Origin: an uncultured Bacilli bacterium
Lineage (GTDB): Bacteria > Bacillota_I > Bacilli_A > RF39 > UBA660
Reading direction: 5' to 3'
DNA length: 64,000 bases
Assembly (NCBI GenBank): GCA_947624565.1
Contig: CANQKX010000001.1
Location: forward strand, 44,587 to 108,586
Both the position numbers and the translations under genes were made by a program. Under the pieces are notes generated by a model. The model had not been told where the DNA came from. It was given only the letters and a program-made list of their open reading frames with translations, and did not search any database. Shown one piece after another: positions 17,903 through 28,665 of this stretch (the first letter of the stretch is position 1; each line of letters begins with the position of its first letter).

Positions 17903-19849
17903 ATGGTGATTTTAATGAAAATAAGAAGAATACTACTTAAATTTTTTGTTTTTTTTAGTTTTTTTATATGCATTTTATTTACAACTATATATTTTTATAT
18001 TAAATTAACACCCAAAATTGACTTAAAAAAAACTAATAATATAATCTTATATGATAAAAATAATGAAATTTTTTTTAAAGGAAATGGATCTAAAGAATGG
18101 ATAAGTCTTAATTTAATTGATAAAGATTTAATAAATGCAACTATATCGATTGAGGATAAAAGATTTTATTCTCATAATGGTTTTGATTATATAAGAATTA
18201 TTAAGTCAATATATAATAATATTAAAAATAAAAATATTGTTGAAGGAGCATCTACTATATCTCAACAATATGCTAGAAATTTATACTTAAATTTTGATAG
18301 AAATTGGGAAAGAAAAATAAAAGAAGCATGGCTTGCTTTAAAACTTGAAATAAATTACTCTAAAGATCAAATTTTAGAGGGATATTTAAATACTATTAAT
18401 TACGGTAATGGGGTAATGGGAATACAAAATGCGGCACAATATTATTTTAATAAAGGAGCTGAAAATTTATCTTTAGCAGAATCTTCAATGCTTGCAGGTA
18501 TACCTGGATCTCCCCAAGAATATTCTCCTATAAATAATGAAAAAAAGGCAAAAGAAAGACAAAGAATAATACTTGATACTATGGTTAATAATGGATATAT
18601 AACAAAAAAAGAAGCAGATGCTGCTTATAATATTAAACTTTCTTATTATGGAAAAAAAGATACTTTAAATTTATCTACATTAATGTATTATAAAGATGCT
18701 GTTATGAGTGAACTTGAAGATTTAAATGTAATTCCAAATGATTATTTAGATTCAAATAGTTTAAAAATTTATACTAATTTAGATTTAGATGCACAAACAT
18801 CTTTAGAAAATTCTGTAAATTCTAATATAACAGATAATAATGAAATTCAAGCATCTAGTGTTATGGTAGAAAATAAATCTGGTAAAATTATTGCTCTTAT
18901 AGGTGGAGTTAATTATGAAAAAAGCCAATATAATAGAGTTTTGTATTCTAAAAGACAAGTTGGATCTACTATGAAACCATTTTTATATTATGCAGCACTT
19001 GAAAATGGATTTAATGCTTCTTCTACTTTTTTATCTGAACCTACAACATTTTCTTTAGATAATAAACAAACATATAGTCCATCTAATTATGCAGACATAT
19101 ATGCTAATTATCCTATACCATTAACTCTTGCTATTGCATATTCAGATAATATATATGCAATTAAAACTCATTTGTTTTTAGGTGAAGAAGAACTAATTAA
19201 TGTAGCTAAAAAGGCTGGTATTTCTACAAGACTTCCTAAAAATGTATCTTTGCCTCTTGGAACAACAGAATTAAATATTTTAGAATTTACAAAAGCATAT
19301 ACAACTCTTGCTAATGAAGGAAAAAGAAATAATTTATATTTAATTAGAAAAGTAGAAGATGAAAAAGGAAACACAATTTATAAGCACAAAAATTATACTA
19401 AACAAGTTTTAGATAAAAACTATACATTTATTCTTAGTTCCTTACTTAATAATTGTTATGATAATACTTTATCTAGTTATACATCACCTACTTGTTTAGC
19501 TATTAAACCTAAATTAACTAAAACATATGCAATCAAAACTGGTACTACTAGTGCTGATTCTTGGACTGTAGGATATAATAAAGATTATACTTTAAGTGTT
19601 TGGGTTGGTTATGATAATAATAAAGAAATAAAAAGTAAAGATATGAAATATGCTAAAAATATATGGGCTGATACTATAGAAAACTATTTAAGAGATAAAG
19701 AAGATTCTTGGTATGAAAAACCTAAAAATGTAATATCTGTAATTGTTAATCCACTAAATGGAAAACTTGCAACTAACTCATCACCTAGAAAAAAAGTTGT
19801 GTACTATTTAAAAGGTACACAACCTACTGAGTATGATGATACTGAATAA
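17903..19849 (+). CDS. class A penicillin-binding protein (GT51 transglycosylase + transpeptidase)
   Basis: N-terminal TM. GT51 motifs EDKRFYSHNGFD, GASTISQQ and RKIKEAWLALKLE. Transpeptidase STMKP (SxxK), SDN and KTGT. Confidence 0.8.
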   Translation: MVILMKIRRILLKFFVFFSFFICILFTTIYFYIKLTPKIDLKKTNNIILYDKNNEIFFKGNGSKEWISLNLIDKDLINATISIEDKRFYSHNGFDYIRIIKSIYNNIKNKNIVEGASTISQQYARNLYLNFDRNWERKIKEAWLALKLEINYSKDQILEGYLNTINYGNGVMGIQNAAQYYFNKGAENLSLAESSMLAGIPGSPQEYSPINNEKKAKERQRIILDTMVNNGYITKKEADAAYNIKLSYYGKKDTLNLSTLMYYKDAVMSELEDLNVIPNDYLDSNSLKIYTNLDLDAQTSLENSVNSNITDNNEIQASSVMVENKSGKIIALIGGVNYEKSQYNRVLYSKRQVGSTMKPFLYYAALENGFNASSTFLSEPTTFSLDNKQTYSPSNYADIYANYPIPLTLAIAYSDNIYAIKTHLFLGEEELINVAKKAGISTRLPKNVSLPLGTTELNILEFTKAYTTLANEGKRNNLYLIRKVEDEKGNTIYKHKNYTKQVLDKNYTFILSSLLNNCYDNTLSSYTSPTCLAIKPKLTKTYAIKTGTTSADSWTVGYNKDYTLSVWVGYDNNKEIKSKDMKYAKNIWADTIENYLRDKEDSWYEKPKNVISVIVNPLNGKLATNSSPRKKVVYYLKGTQPTEYDDTE

Positions 19850-19864
19850 GATTATTTTCATTTT

Positions 19865-20845
19865 TTATTCTTTATCTACTTTTATTACAAATTGATATAT
19901 TTCATCAAAATCATATTTATCTAATTTTACAGAAAATCCTAGTTTTTTAATTTCAGTTAATAATTTATCTATTTTATCAATGACTACATCTATATCTTTT
20001 TTATTAAACTTATATATTTCATCTAAATTAATTATTTCATCATTTGTTTCTGGTTCATCTTCAATAACTTCTATTTCTTCATCTAAATTTGGAATATTTA
20101 TACTATTTAATATAGAGTCTATTTCATTATCGTTAGATTCATAGTTATTTTTAAATAACTCTGGAAATTCAAAATTTTTATCATTTTTACTAGGTGTTAA
20201 ATTTGAAATTTTAATAAATTCAAGATCTTCTTTTTTTGGTTGTAATTTTTCATTTATTAACTCTTCTGTATCTCTAACGTTCAATCTTTTTTCTATTATT
20301 TCTTTTAATACTTGTCTTTGAAGTTCTTTATCATCTAATCTAAGAAGACTTCTTGCATGTCTTTCTGATATTTTATTATTTAATAAAGCATCTTGAACTT
20401 CTTGATCTAAATTTAAAAGTCTTAATTTATTAGAAACTGTAGCTTGTGTTTTACCCATTCTTGTTGCTAATTGATCTTGAGTTAAATATCCTCTGTCAAG
20501 TAATTTTTTATATGATTTAGCCTCTTCTATTGGAGATAAATCTCTTCTTTGAATATTTTCTACAATAGCTACTTCTGCAGATTCATTATCATTTAAATTG
20601 ATTATTACTGCTGGTACAGTTGAAAGACCTGCAATATATGATGCTTTATATCTTCTTTCTCCTGCGATTATCTCATATTTATTTCCGACTTTTCTAAGTA
20701 CTAATGGTTGAATTATACCATGTTGTTTTATTGACTGTGCAAGTTCATTTAATCCTTGTTCATCAAAAGATAATCTTGGTTGAAACCTATTTGGAATTAT
20801 ATCATCTAAAGATACTTGAACAATCTCTTTCTCTGCTTGATTCAT
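19865..20845 (-). CDS. noc: ParB/Noc-family nucleoid-associated protein (Noc/Spo0J paralogue)
   Basis: ParB N-domain (LDDIIPNRFQPR, GIIQPLVLRK, IIAGERRYKASYIAGL) and an HTH, immediately after rsmG as noc is in Bacillus. The start at 20845 (MNQAEKEI) has the RBS AAGGGTGAG; the track's longer N-terminus lacks an RBS. Confidence 0.7.
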   Translation of the reverse strand: MNQAEKEIVQVSLDDIIPNRFQPRLSFDEQGLNELAQSIKQHGIIQPLVLRKVGNKYEIIAGERRYKASYIAGLSTVPAVIINLNDNESAEVAIVENIQRRDLSPIEEAKSYKKLLDRGYLTQDQLATRMGKTQATVSNKLRLLNLDQEVQDALLNNKISERHARSLLRLDDKELQRQVLKEIIEKRLNVRDTEELINEKLQPKKEDLEFIKISNLTPSKNDKNFEFPELFKNNYESNDNEIDSILNSINIPNLDEEIEVIEDEPETNDEIINLDEIYKFNKKDIDVVIDKIDKLLTEIKKLGFSVKLDKYDFDEIYQFVIKVDKE

Positions 20846-20899
20846 ACTACTCACCCTTTTATTCTTATATAATATTAGTTTACAATAAAAATCCATTTT

Positions 20900-21604
20900 T
20901 TACAATGGATTTTTTTTAATTTTATCAAAATTACGAGGATACTTTTCTTTTGTTTTTCCTATTTTTTTAATTTTTATTAGATTTCTAATACTATTTTCTT
21001 TCGGTAAAGTAAATGATATAACTTCTTCTATATTATAATTTAGTTCTTGTATAGATTTTTTTGATAGATTTATTTCATCTTCTATATTTGCTTTCATAGG
21101 TATAAAGTAGCCATTTATTTTTACCATTGGAAGACATATTTCATTTAAAATATTTAGTTTAGCTACTGCTCGCGAAGTAACTATATCAAATTTTTCTCTA
21201 TTTTCTTTTGCAAAGTCTTCTGCTCTTTGATGAACTGCAACTATATTTTTTAAATTTAATTCTTTTATTACTTCGTTTAAAAATTTTACTCTTTTATTTA
21301 ATGCATCTACTAATGTTACGTTAAGATTTGGAAAGACAACTTTTAGAACTAATCCAGGAAATCCTGCACCTGTTCCTATATCACAAATAGATATATTTTT
21401 AGTTAAATCATATGACTTTATTAAAGTTAAACTATCATAAAAATGTTTTAAATAAACTTCTTCTTTTTGTGTAATAGATGTTAAATTTATTTTTTCATTC
21501 CAACTTATTAACATCTCATAATATTTATTTAATTTATTTATCATGTCATCAGTTATATTTATACCTAATTGTTTTATACTTTCTATAAATTCATTAATTT
21601 TCAT
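20900..21604 (-). CDS. rsmG: 16S rRNA (guanine527-N7)-methyltransferase RsmG (GidB)
   Basis: ICDIGTGAGFPGLVL SAM motif; follows mnmG. Confidence 0.9.
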   Translation of the reverse strand: MKINEFIESIKQLGINITDDMINKLNKYYEMLISWNEKINLTSITQKEEVYLKHFYDSLTLIKSYDLTKNISICDIGTGAGFPGLVLKVVFPNLNVTLVDALNKRVKFLNEVIKELNLKNIVAVHQRAEDFAKENREKFDIVTSRAVAKLNILNEICLPMVKINGYFIPMKANIEDEINLSKKSIQELNYNIEEVISFTLPKENSIRNLIKIKKIGKTKEKYPRNFDKIKKNPL

Positions 21605-23450
21605 TAAAATACCTCTTCATATAAATTGATAGTATTGATATGTCAGATGGATTAACTCCACTTATTCTAAGTGCTTGTCCAAAACTTTCTGGTCTTATTT
21701 CTTTTAATTTAATTCTTGCTTCTGATGCCAAATTAGGTATATTGTCATAATTAATGTCTTTGGGTATTTTTTTATTTTCTAGTTTTCTCATTTTTTCTGC
21801 TTCTTTTTTTGTTTTTCTTATATATCCTTCATATTTAACTATTATTTCTGCTTGTTCAAGTTCTACTTCATCAAATTTTTCACTTAATTTTTCTTTTATA
21901 TCACTAATAGATACTTCTGTTCTTTTTAAATAATCATATGCATTTATATTTTTTTCATCTTTTATTTTTATTTCTTTTAATTCTTGTAATATTTTTTCTA
22001 TATTTTTTTCTTTATTTAATAATTTATTATATTGTTTTTCATTTATTAAACCTACTTCATATCCATATTTTCTTAGTCTTAAATCTGCATTATCATGTCT
22101 TAGTAATAACCTATATTCTGCACGTGAAGTTAAAAGTCTATATGGATCTTTAACACCTTTAGTTACTAAGTCATCAATAAGTACACCAATATATGCTTCA
22201 TCTCTTTTAAGTATCAATGGATCTTTATTTTCTAATTTTAGCGATGCATTAATTCCAGCGATTAATCCTTGCCCTGCAGCCTCTTCATATCCACTAGTTC
22301 CATTTATCTGCCCTGCAGTAAATAAATTTTCTATTATTTTTGTTTCTAGTGATTGTTTTAAATCTCTTGAATCTATCGCATCATATTCAATCGCATACGC
22401 ATACCTAAGTATTTTTGCTTTTTCTAATCCTGGTAGACTATGAACCATTTCTTCTTGAACATCATATGGCATACTTGTTGAAAAACCTTGTAAATATATA
22501 TCATCATAATATAAACTTTCTGGTTCTAAAAATAATTGATGTCTTTCTTTATCTGCAAATCTAACTACTTTATCTTCTATTGAAGGACAATATCTAGGAC
22601 CAGTTCCTAAATTTTCATGAAAGCCTCCATACATACTTGATCTACTTAAATTATCTCTTATTATCTTATGTGTTTCTTTTGTTGTATAAGTTAAATAACA
22701 TGGTTCTTGACTTTCTATAGAATAATATGGTGCATCATCAAATGAAAATGTATAAAGTTTACTATCTCCATCTTCTCTTTTAGTTTTTGAAAAATCTATA
22801 GTACTTCTTTTAATTCTAGGAGGTGTTCCTGTCTTTAATCTTATAAGTTTAAATCCTAATTTTTCTAAGTTTTTACTTAAATATAATGAAGGTCTTGTGG
22901 CTTTTGTTTTAGATAAGTCTTTTTCTGTTGGATTAGATATTGGTCCACTAGATGTTCTTTTTTCTCCTACTAATATATCTGATCTCATATATGTTCCTGT
23001 AGTTAATATTACAGCATCACACATTATTTCTTTTCCTGTGGATAATTTAATACCTCTTATTTTATTGTTTTCTACTATTAAATCTTCTACAATTTCTTCT
23101 TGTATGTCTATATTTTTATTTTCTTCTATTATTCTTAGCATTTCTTTTGGATAAGTTATTTTATCTCCTTGTGCTCTAAGAGATCTTACTGCTGGGCCTT
23201 TACTTGAGTTAAGCATTTTCATTTGTATTAAAGTTTTATCTGCTACTTTTCCCATATATCCACCAAGTGCATCTATTTCTCTTACTACAATACCTTTTGC
23301 AGAACCACCAATTGATGGATTACATGGCATCATTGCTATTGTATCTTTACTACCTGTAACAAGTAAAGTTTTATGACCTTTGTTTGCGCAAGCAAGTACT
23401 GCTTCACATCCTGCATGTCCACCACCAACTACAATTACTTCATACTTCAT
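21594..23450 (-). CDS. mnmG: tRNA uridine 5-carboxymethylaminomethyl modification enzyme MnmG (GidA)
   Basis: FAD-binding N-terminus MKYEVIVVGGGHAGCEA; 618 aa. Confidence 0.9.
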   Translation of the reverse strand: MKYEVIVVGGGHAGCEAVLACANKGHKTLLVTGSKDTIAMMPCNPSIGGSAKGIVVREIDALGGYMGKVADKTLIQMKMLNSSKGPAVRSLRAQGDKITYPKEMLRIIEENKNIDIQEEIVEDLIVENNKIRGIKLSTGKEIMCDAVILTTGTYMRSDILVGEKRTSSGPISNPTEKDLSKTKATRPSLYLSKNLEKLGFKLIRLKTGTPPRIKRSTIDFSKTKREDGDSKLYTFSFDDAPYYSIESQEPCYLTYTTKETHKIIRDNLSRSSMYGGFHENLGTGPRYCPSIEDKVVRFADKERHQLFLEPESLYYDDIYLQGFSTSMPYDVQEEMVHSLPGLEKAKILRYAYAIEYDAIDSRDLKQSLETKIIENLFTAGQINGTSGYEEAAGQGLIAGINASLKLENKDPLILKRDEAYIGVLIDDLVTKGVKDPYRLLTSRAEYRLLLRHDNADLRLRKYGYEVGLINEKQYNKLLNKEKNIEKILQELKEIKIKDEKNINAYDYLKRTEVSISDIKEKLSEKFDEVELEQAEIIVKYEGYIRKTKKEAEKMRKLENKKIPKDINYDNIPNLASEARIKLKEIRPESFGQALRISGVNPSDISILSIYMKRYFNEN

Positions 23451-23505
23451 TTATTGCACCCTCTTTTTGCAAATGTATTATACTACAATATTTAATTTTA
23501 GACAA

Positions 23506-24111
23506 TTAACTATTATTTGATAATAAAGATATCAATGTTAAATTTGCAATATAAAAGGTCCATTCTATGCAATGACAAATAATTTTTAAATTTGTAGATA
23601 AATCAAATTTTCTTATAATTACAATATTTATATCACATACTAAAAGACATAATATAGCAACTAAAAATAATATTGATATTCTTTTTAATCTTATTTTTTT
23701 AATCGTTAAAAATATATTTATAATTACTATTAAACCATATAATATAGCCTCAACTATCAATATTTTTTTATCAAGTATTAAACATATAATAAAATTTATT
23801 ATTGATAGTAATAAGATTTTATTTGATTTATCTTTAATAAAAAAGAAATAAAATATCTGAACTATTATAAAAGAAGATATTCCTAATACTGATTTTTTTA
23901 TTAATATAAAAAAGATATCTGCTAAAAAAGAAAATATTAAAGATAAAGTTAAGTAAAAATTTACTTTATTTGATTTAATTCTGTTTATTAAAATATATAT
24001 AATACTTATCAATGTAGGAAAAATCTTAATAATATCAAAATTCGTACTATTTACAAAATTAATGATAATTATAATTAAGAAAATTATTTGAAAAAAAATA
24101 TATAAATACAT
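23506..24111 (-). CDS. hypothetical polytopic membrane protein
   Basis: ~6 predicted TM helices and no recognisable motif. First gene of the insertion between mnmG and mnmE. Confidence 0.35.
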   Translation of the reverse strand: MYLYIFFQIIFLIIIIINFVNSTNFDIIKIFPTLISIIYILINRIKSNKVNFYLTLSLIFSFLADIFFILIKKSVLGISSFIIVQIFYFFFIKDKSNKILLLSIINFIICLILDKKILIVEAILYGLIVIINIFLTIKKIRLKRISILFLVAILCLLVCDINIVIIRKFDLSTNLKIICHCIEWTFYIANLTLISLLSNNS

Positions 24112-24174
24112 TTTAACACCTTCATTACTTTAAATTATGATGTGTATTAATAATGTTTTTATACATTTTTATTG

Positions 24175-24672
24175 CTATTGTACAGCATATAAATATTCAA
24201 TACTTGTTATCTCATTATTGTTAATAATAAAATTTAATTGTGTTTTTTGTTTTGTATATGTATACATATTATCTATTTTCTCATAATCATCTCCATATGT
24301 TTTTTTCATTTTATCAAATGAATCAGTTATTTTTATTCCTTCTTTAGTTTTTACATTTTCATCTAAAAAATAAATTGAATATATTTTATCTTTGTCATTA
24401 TCAGAAAATGTTGTAACTTCATAACTTCCATAATTAAATGTTTTATCAAGTCCTTCAAATGCGCAAGACTCAACCTCTGTATAATCTTCAGGTTGTCCAT
24501 ATTTTTCTATTGAAAAAACTTCTCCTAATTTCATCGTTTTTCCATTATGTTCAAATTCATATAATTGAATTTCATCTTTTTGTTTTTGATTATAATTACA
24601 ACCAAATAATACTCCTATTAAAAATAATGTTATAAAAATTTGTTTTATTTTTTTCATAGAATCCTCCTTCAA
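24175..24672 (-). CDS. hypothetical lipoprotein (lipobox LFGC)
   Basis: Signal peptide ITLFLIGVLFG|C followed by a small globular domain. Its start overlaps the downstream end of the preceding gene by 4 nt. Confidence 0.45.
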   Translation of the reverse strand: MKEDSMKKIKQIFITLFLIGVLFGCNYNQKQKDEIQLYEFEHNGKTMKLGEVFSIEKYGQPEDYTEVESCAFEGLDKTFNYGSYEVTTFSDNDKDKIYSIYFLDENVKTKEGIKITDSFDKMKKTYGDDYEKIDNMYTYTKQKTQLNFIINNNEITSIEYLYAVQ

Positions 24673-25673
24673 TATCTTATATCATTGTAATACATATTTA
24701 TCTTTTTTTGATATATTTTATTAATTTTTTCATTTTTCCTATAATCTATCAAATCGTAGTTTTCTTTTAATATATTTGAAAAATATTTTGATAATTTTGT
24801 TGCACCTGATAAATTAAGATGTAAACCTCCATCATATGTATCTAAATTATAATTTATCCCTATTTCATTTGATATACTGGCAAAATTATAATATTGTAAA
24901 TTATTTTTCCTTGAATATTCTTGAATTTGTGTTTCATATTCTTCATACCAATATGGATATAAACTAGGTGCTTTTATAAGTATTAATTCTATATTATTTT
25001 TTTTACATAAAGAAACAATCTTGTCAAGGTATGAATAATCTATATCTGAAAAACTATAATTTGAAAGAATTTTTTTTGAAGGTAGTGAAGTATAAGGTTT
25101 TACATTAGTATTTATTAAAAAACCATTATGTGTATTTTTTTTTCTTTTAAATAAATATTCAAAATCTTCTTTTGTTAATTTGTCATATCTAGAATGATAC
25201 CTTATTATTGGAAATAAATAGGAGATAAAAGTTTCATCTTTTAACATTGAATTATTTATAATTTCTATTTTTTCTTTTGACCATTTCATTTTATCTATTG
25301 TTAACCTATTATAAGCTTCACTTACAGGCTTATTATATCTCATAGAATTAACATTAAATACCACTACTTTTGGCTTTTCATATTTTAAAGTTTCTTTTAA
25401 TATAGAATAAGATTGCCATATCAATTGTTGAGGTGTACCTCTTACATAAGAAGAAATTCCTTCTTCTTCATACATAACAATAGGAGAAAAATTTGCATAT
25501 ACTTCACAATCTCCTATAAAAATTACATCATGAGGAACTTCTTCATCGTAGTATTCTGATATCATTGATCCCTCTATTAGATTTGTTGCATATTTTGGAG
25601 AAAAAAGAATATTTAAAAATATAAATATAAGTGTAAAAGAAAATATTATAAGAAAAGTTTTTATATACTTCAT
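24669..25673 (-). CDS. SGNH/DltD-like (AlgX/PatB-like) putative O-acyltransferase partner protein, membrane-anchored
   Basis: N-terminal TM anchor then an extracytoplasmic domain, encoded immediately downstream of the MBOAT protein. This is the conserved MBOAT+SGNH pairing (DltB/DltD, PatA/PatB). Sequence-level family assignment is tentative. Confidence 0.4.
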   Translation of the reverse strand: MKYIKTFLIIFSFTLIFIFLNILFSPKYATNLIEGSMISEYYDEEVPHDVIFIGDCEVYANFSPIVMYEEEGISSYVRGTPQQLIWQSYSILKETLKYEKPKVVVFNVNSMRYNKPVSEAYNRLTIDKMKWSKEKIEIINNSMLKDETFISYLFPIIRYHSRYDKLTKEDFEYLFKRKKNTHNGFLINTNVKPYTSLPSKKILSNYSFSDIDYSYLDKIVSLCKKNNIELILIKAPSLYPYWYEEYETQIQEYSRKNNLQYYNFASISNEIGINYNLDTYDGGLHLNLSGATKLSKYFSNILKENYDLIDYRKNEKINKIYQKKINMYYNDIRY

Positions 25674-25685
25674 ATATACTACCTC

Positions 25686-26963
25686 CTAAAATTTACTATA
25701 AATAAACTCGTTAACATTAAATCCTATACCATATCTTCCAAAAGTAATAACTAATAGAAATAAAATTAAAATTATAATTATCTTTTTATTCGTTGTCATC
25801 TTCTTAATTTCTTCTTTTATTCTTAATTTTTTTATATCAAATATCATAATAATAACTATAGATATAATTAATATTAAATAATCTGATATTTCCAAACCAA
25901 AAATAAATAAATTTTTAAATAAACTTATATAATTAAATTCATAAAATATTGTTGACAATTTTGTAAGTGCTTCAATAGAATTTGGATAAATGAAAAATAT
26001 CCATAACAAAGAAACTATTATATAATTAAATATAATATTTAAAATTCTATTTTTACTTTTTTTATTGTTTTCTATAATTAATATAATACCATTTAATAAA
26101 CCCCACAAAATATAATTTATTCCATGCCATATTCCAGATACAAAGAAAGTTATTAAAATATTTATATTATTTCGTATTTTACTTACTCTATTTCCCCCTA
26201 ATGGAATGTATACATAATCTTTTAGAAAATTTGATAATGTAATATTCCATCTTTTCCAAAATTCTTTCAAATTTTCTGATAAATAAGGACTATCAAAATT
26301 TTCTACTAATTTTATATCAAATAAATTTGATACTCCTAATACTATATCAATTCCTCCACTAAAATCACAATATATAAGTATAGAATATAACAAACACGAT
26401 AATAATACATACGATCCCGTAAAATTATTTTCTACAATATAATTTATTATCACTATGATTCTTTGAGCAATTATAACTTTTTTAAATAATCCAAAAAGTA
26501 TTCGCATAAACCCATAAATGAAATTTTCTAATTTTATCTTCTTTTTCTTTTTTAATTGATTACCCAATTGAGAATATCTTGATATTGGGCCTATAAATAA
26601 ATATGGTAAATATAGTGCATATAATAAGAAATTAAATAAATTTGTTTCGGCATCTATTTTTTCGTTATATACATCAATTAAGTATGAAATTATTTGAAAA
26701 GTATAGTATGATATTCCAATAGGAACAATTATTGATGTTTTTTCAAAAATTCCAAAGAAATTGTTGTATATATATAGTTTGAAAAATAAAAGTAATAATA
26801 TATTTAATATAATTACAATCAATATTAATTTTTTTCTTTTTGATTTTTTCAATGTTTTCGCACTAAAAAAGGATATTAATGTACTTAATAATATATAAAT
26901 TAAATTATATATACCAAAACTGGCATAAATTAGTATACTAAATATTAATATAAAAATATTCAT
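25686..26963 (-). CDS. MBOAT-family membrane-bound O-acyltransferase (DltB/AlgI/PatA-like)
   Basis: Polytopic protein with the MBOAT catalytic His motif FFVSGIWHGINYILWG. The start at 26963 (MNIFILIF) has the RBS AGGAG 6 nt upstream, which removes the track's overlap with the upstream gene. Confidence 0.75.
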   Translation of the reverse strand: MNIFILIFSILIYASFGIYNLIYILLSTLISFFSAKTLKKSKRKKLILIVIILNILLLLFFKLYIYNNFFGIFEKTSIIVPIGISYYTFQIISYLIDVYNEKIDAETNLFNFLLYALYLPYLFIGPISRYSQLGNQLKKKKKIKLENFIYGFMRILFGLFKKVIIAQRIIVIINYIVENNFTGSYVLLSCLLYSILIYCDFSGGIDIVLGVSNLFDIKLVENFDSPYLSENLKEFWKRWNITLSNFLKDYVYIPLGGNRVSKIRNNINILITFFVSGIWHGINYILWGLLNGIILIIENNKKSKNRILNIIFNYIIVSLLWIFFIYPNSIEALTKLSTIFYEFNYISLFKNLFIFGLEISDYLILIISIVIIMIFDIKKLRIKEEIKKMTTNKKIIIILILFLLVITFGRYGIGFNVNEFIYSKF

Positions 26964-26971
26964 AAAATCTC

Positions 26972-28579
26972 CTATTCTGCAAGTGGAAATATGGATTGAT
27001 CCCACACTCTACCTTTCATACTTGCACTACTTAATTTTTCAATATCTGTTGCAGGACCCATTATATGATTTCCTGGTGTTGAATCAAAATGCCTATATAC
27101 TTCATTTATTTTAACTAAATTCCAATAATGAGTTTTATCTGTTGTATAAATCAAATAATTTGGAATTTCTTGTTTATCAAGAGCTTGTTTTACTAACAAT
27201 GCATGTACATAACAATTTCCCTTTTTTTCAGTTAAACCATACCAAATTGGATCCGAGCCTCCCCAATTTGAATTATACTTTATCATATTTCTTATTGTAC
27301 TAACTATTCCTGTTACATCTTTGCCAACTAAATAATTATTATAAAATTCATTAAATTTTTCTGATGTATCAAACTGGTCATGTTCAACATATATTTTTCT
27401 TTTTTTGTATGTTTTATTTCCACTTTTATCTTCGGAATAATAAGTTGCATAATAAGTACCAAAAACAGCCGTATTTACACTACTACTATCTACAGAAAAA
27501 CTAACATAGCCATCTTTTGCATCGTAAGCGCTTACTCCTGAATTATAGTCAATATTTGTATTTTTATTTATAGTTATTGTAGTTAATCCATTAATACTAG
27601 GACCAACTTCATCTTTTATTATATTTAAGGTACATTTTTGTTCTGTTTTGTTTCCACTTTTATCTATAGCTTCTATTATAATTTCTTGTTGACCTATATT
27701 GTTATTTATATCAGTTTTTAAATTTGTTTCAACTCCTTCTTGTTTATCATATACGTACTCAATAAAGGAATCTTTATTTATGTGTTGACCATAATATATA
27801 GTTACATTACGTAATTTTAATTCTGGAGGTGTTGTATCTTTTATTATTATTTTTACATTATAATTTTCATTATTATATTTTATTGGTATATTATATTCTC
27901 CAGGTGGAGAAGAATTTATTTTATCTAATATTTCTTGATTTATTAAATCTCCATTTTTATTAGAATTTAATAAAATTTCTTCTTTTGTTAGTAAATCACC
28001 TAACTCCTTTTCAATTTTTTCATTTAATAATTTTATTTTTAAGTTGCAGGTCTTTCTAGTACTATTCCCATATATATCTTTTACTTCTATAATTATTTTA
28101 TAATTTCCAAACTTGGTGATTTTTGGTTTATTTATGATATTTACAAGAATTTTTGAACTATCACTTTTACTAACAATAAAATCTTCCGCATTAATTTTAT
28201 AATCTATATCTTTTTCCAAATTTCTAAATTTTACTTTTGGAGGTGTTGTATCTTTAATATATAAATTTACATTTCTAGTAATGTTATTATATTTTATTTT
28301 TATATTATAGTTTGATACTTTTGAAGTGTCTATTTTTTTTACATTAGTTACAAAATAACTATCTTTTGGAGATTTTCCATCTTTGAAGAAACTTTGTATT
28401 TTTATTTCTTTTGTTCCTATTTCTAGTATTACCTCTTTTTTTACATTATTATAAATACATTTATATGAAATAAAAGAAACAAGGAAAAAAGCTAATAAAA
28501 TTATTAACTCTATAAATAATGAACGAAATAATACATATTTAAAGCTTTTTTTCTTTTCCTTCAAATTTTTTTTAAACAT
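26972..28579 (-). CDS. signal-anchored surface protein: two Ig-like (DUF5011-type) repeats plus a C-terminal transglutaminase-like (Cys-His-Asp) domain
   Basis: N-terminal TM. Two ~95-aa repeats share YIKDTTPPKVKFRNL / IIKDTTPPELKLRNV. C-terminal GNCYVHALL...THYWNLV...HFDSTPG resembles the papain-like transglutaminase core. Confidence 0.45.
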   Translation of the reverse strand: MFKKNLKEKKKSFKYVLFRSLFIELIILLAFFLVSFISYKCIYNNVKKEVILEIGTKEIKIQSFFKDGKSPKDSYFVTNVKKIDTSKVSNYNIKIKYNNITRNVNLYIKDTTPPKVKFRNLEKDIDYKINAEDFIVSKSDSSKILVNIINKPKITKFGNYKIIIEVKDIYGNSTRKTCNLKIKLLNEKIEKELGDLLTKEEILLNSNKNGDLINQEILDKINSSPPGEYNIPIKYNNENYNVKIIIKDTTPPELKLRNVTIYYGQHINKDSFIEYVYDKQEGVETNLKTDINNNIGQQEIIIEAIDKSGNKTEQKCTLNIIKDEVGPSINGLTTITINKNTNIDYNSGVSAYDAKDGYVSFSVDSSSVNTAVFGTYYATYYSEDKSGNKTYKKRKIYVEHDQFDTSEKFNEFYNNYLVGKDVTGIVSTIRNMIKYNSNWGGSDPIWYGLTEKKGNCYVHALLVKQALDKQEIPNYLIYTTDKTHYWNLVKINEVYRHFDSTPGNHIMGPATDIEKLSSASMKGRVWDQSIFPLAE

Positions 28580-28665
28580 TTTACACCTACTATATAGTAG
28601 TATACATTTTTTTAAATTTTAATGTCAATTTTTTGTTTTATAACAATGTAAAAAAATGTATATTT

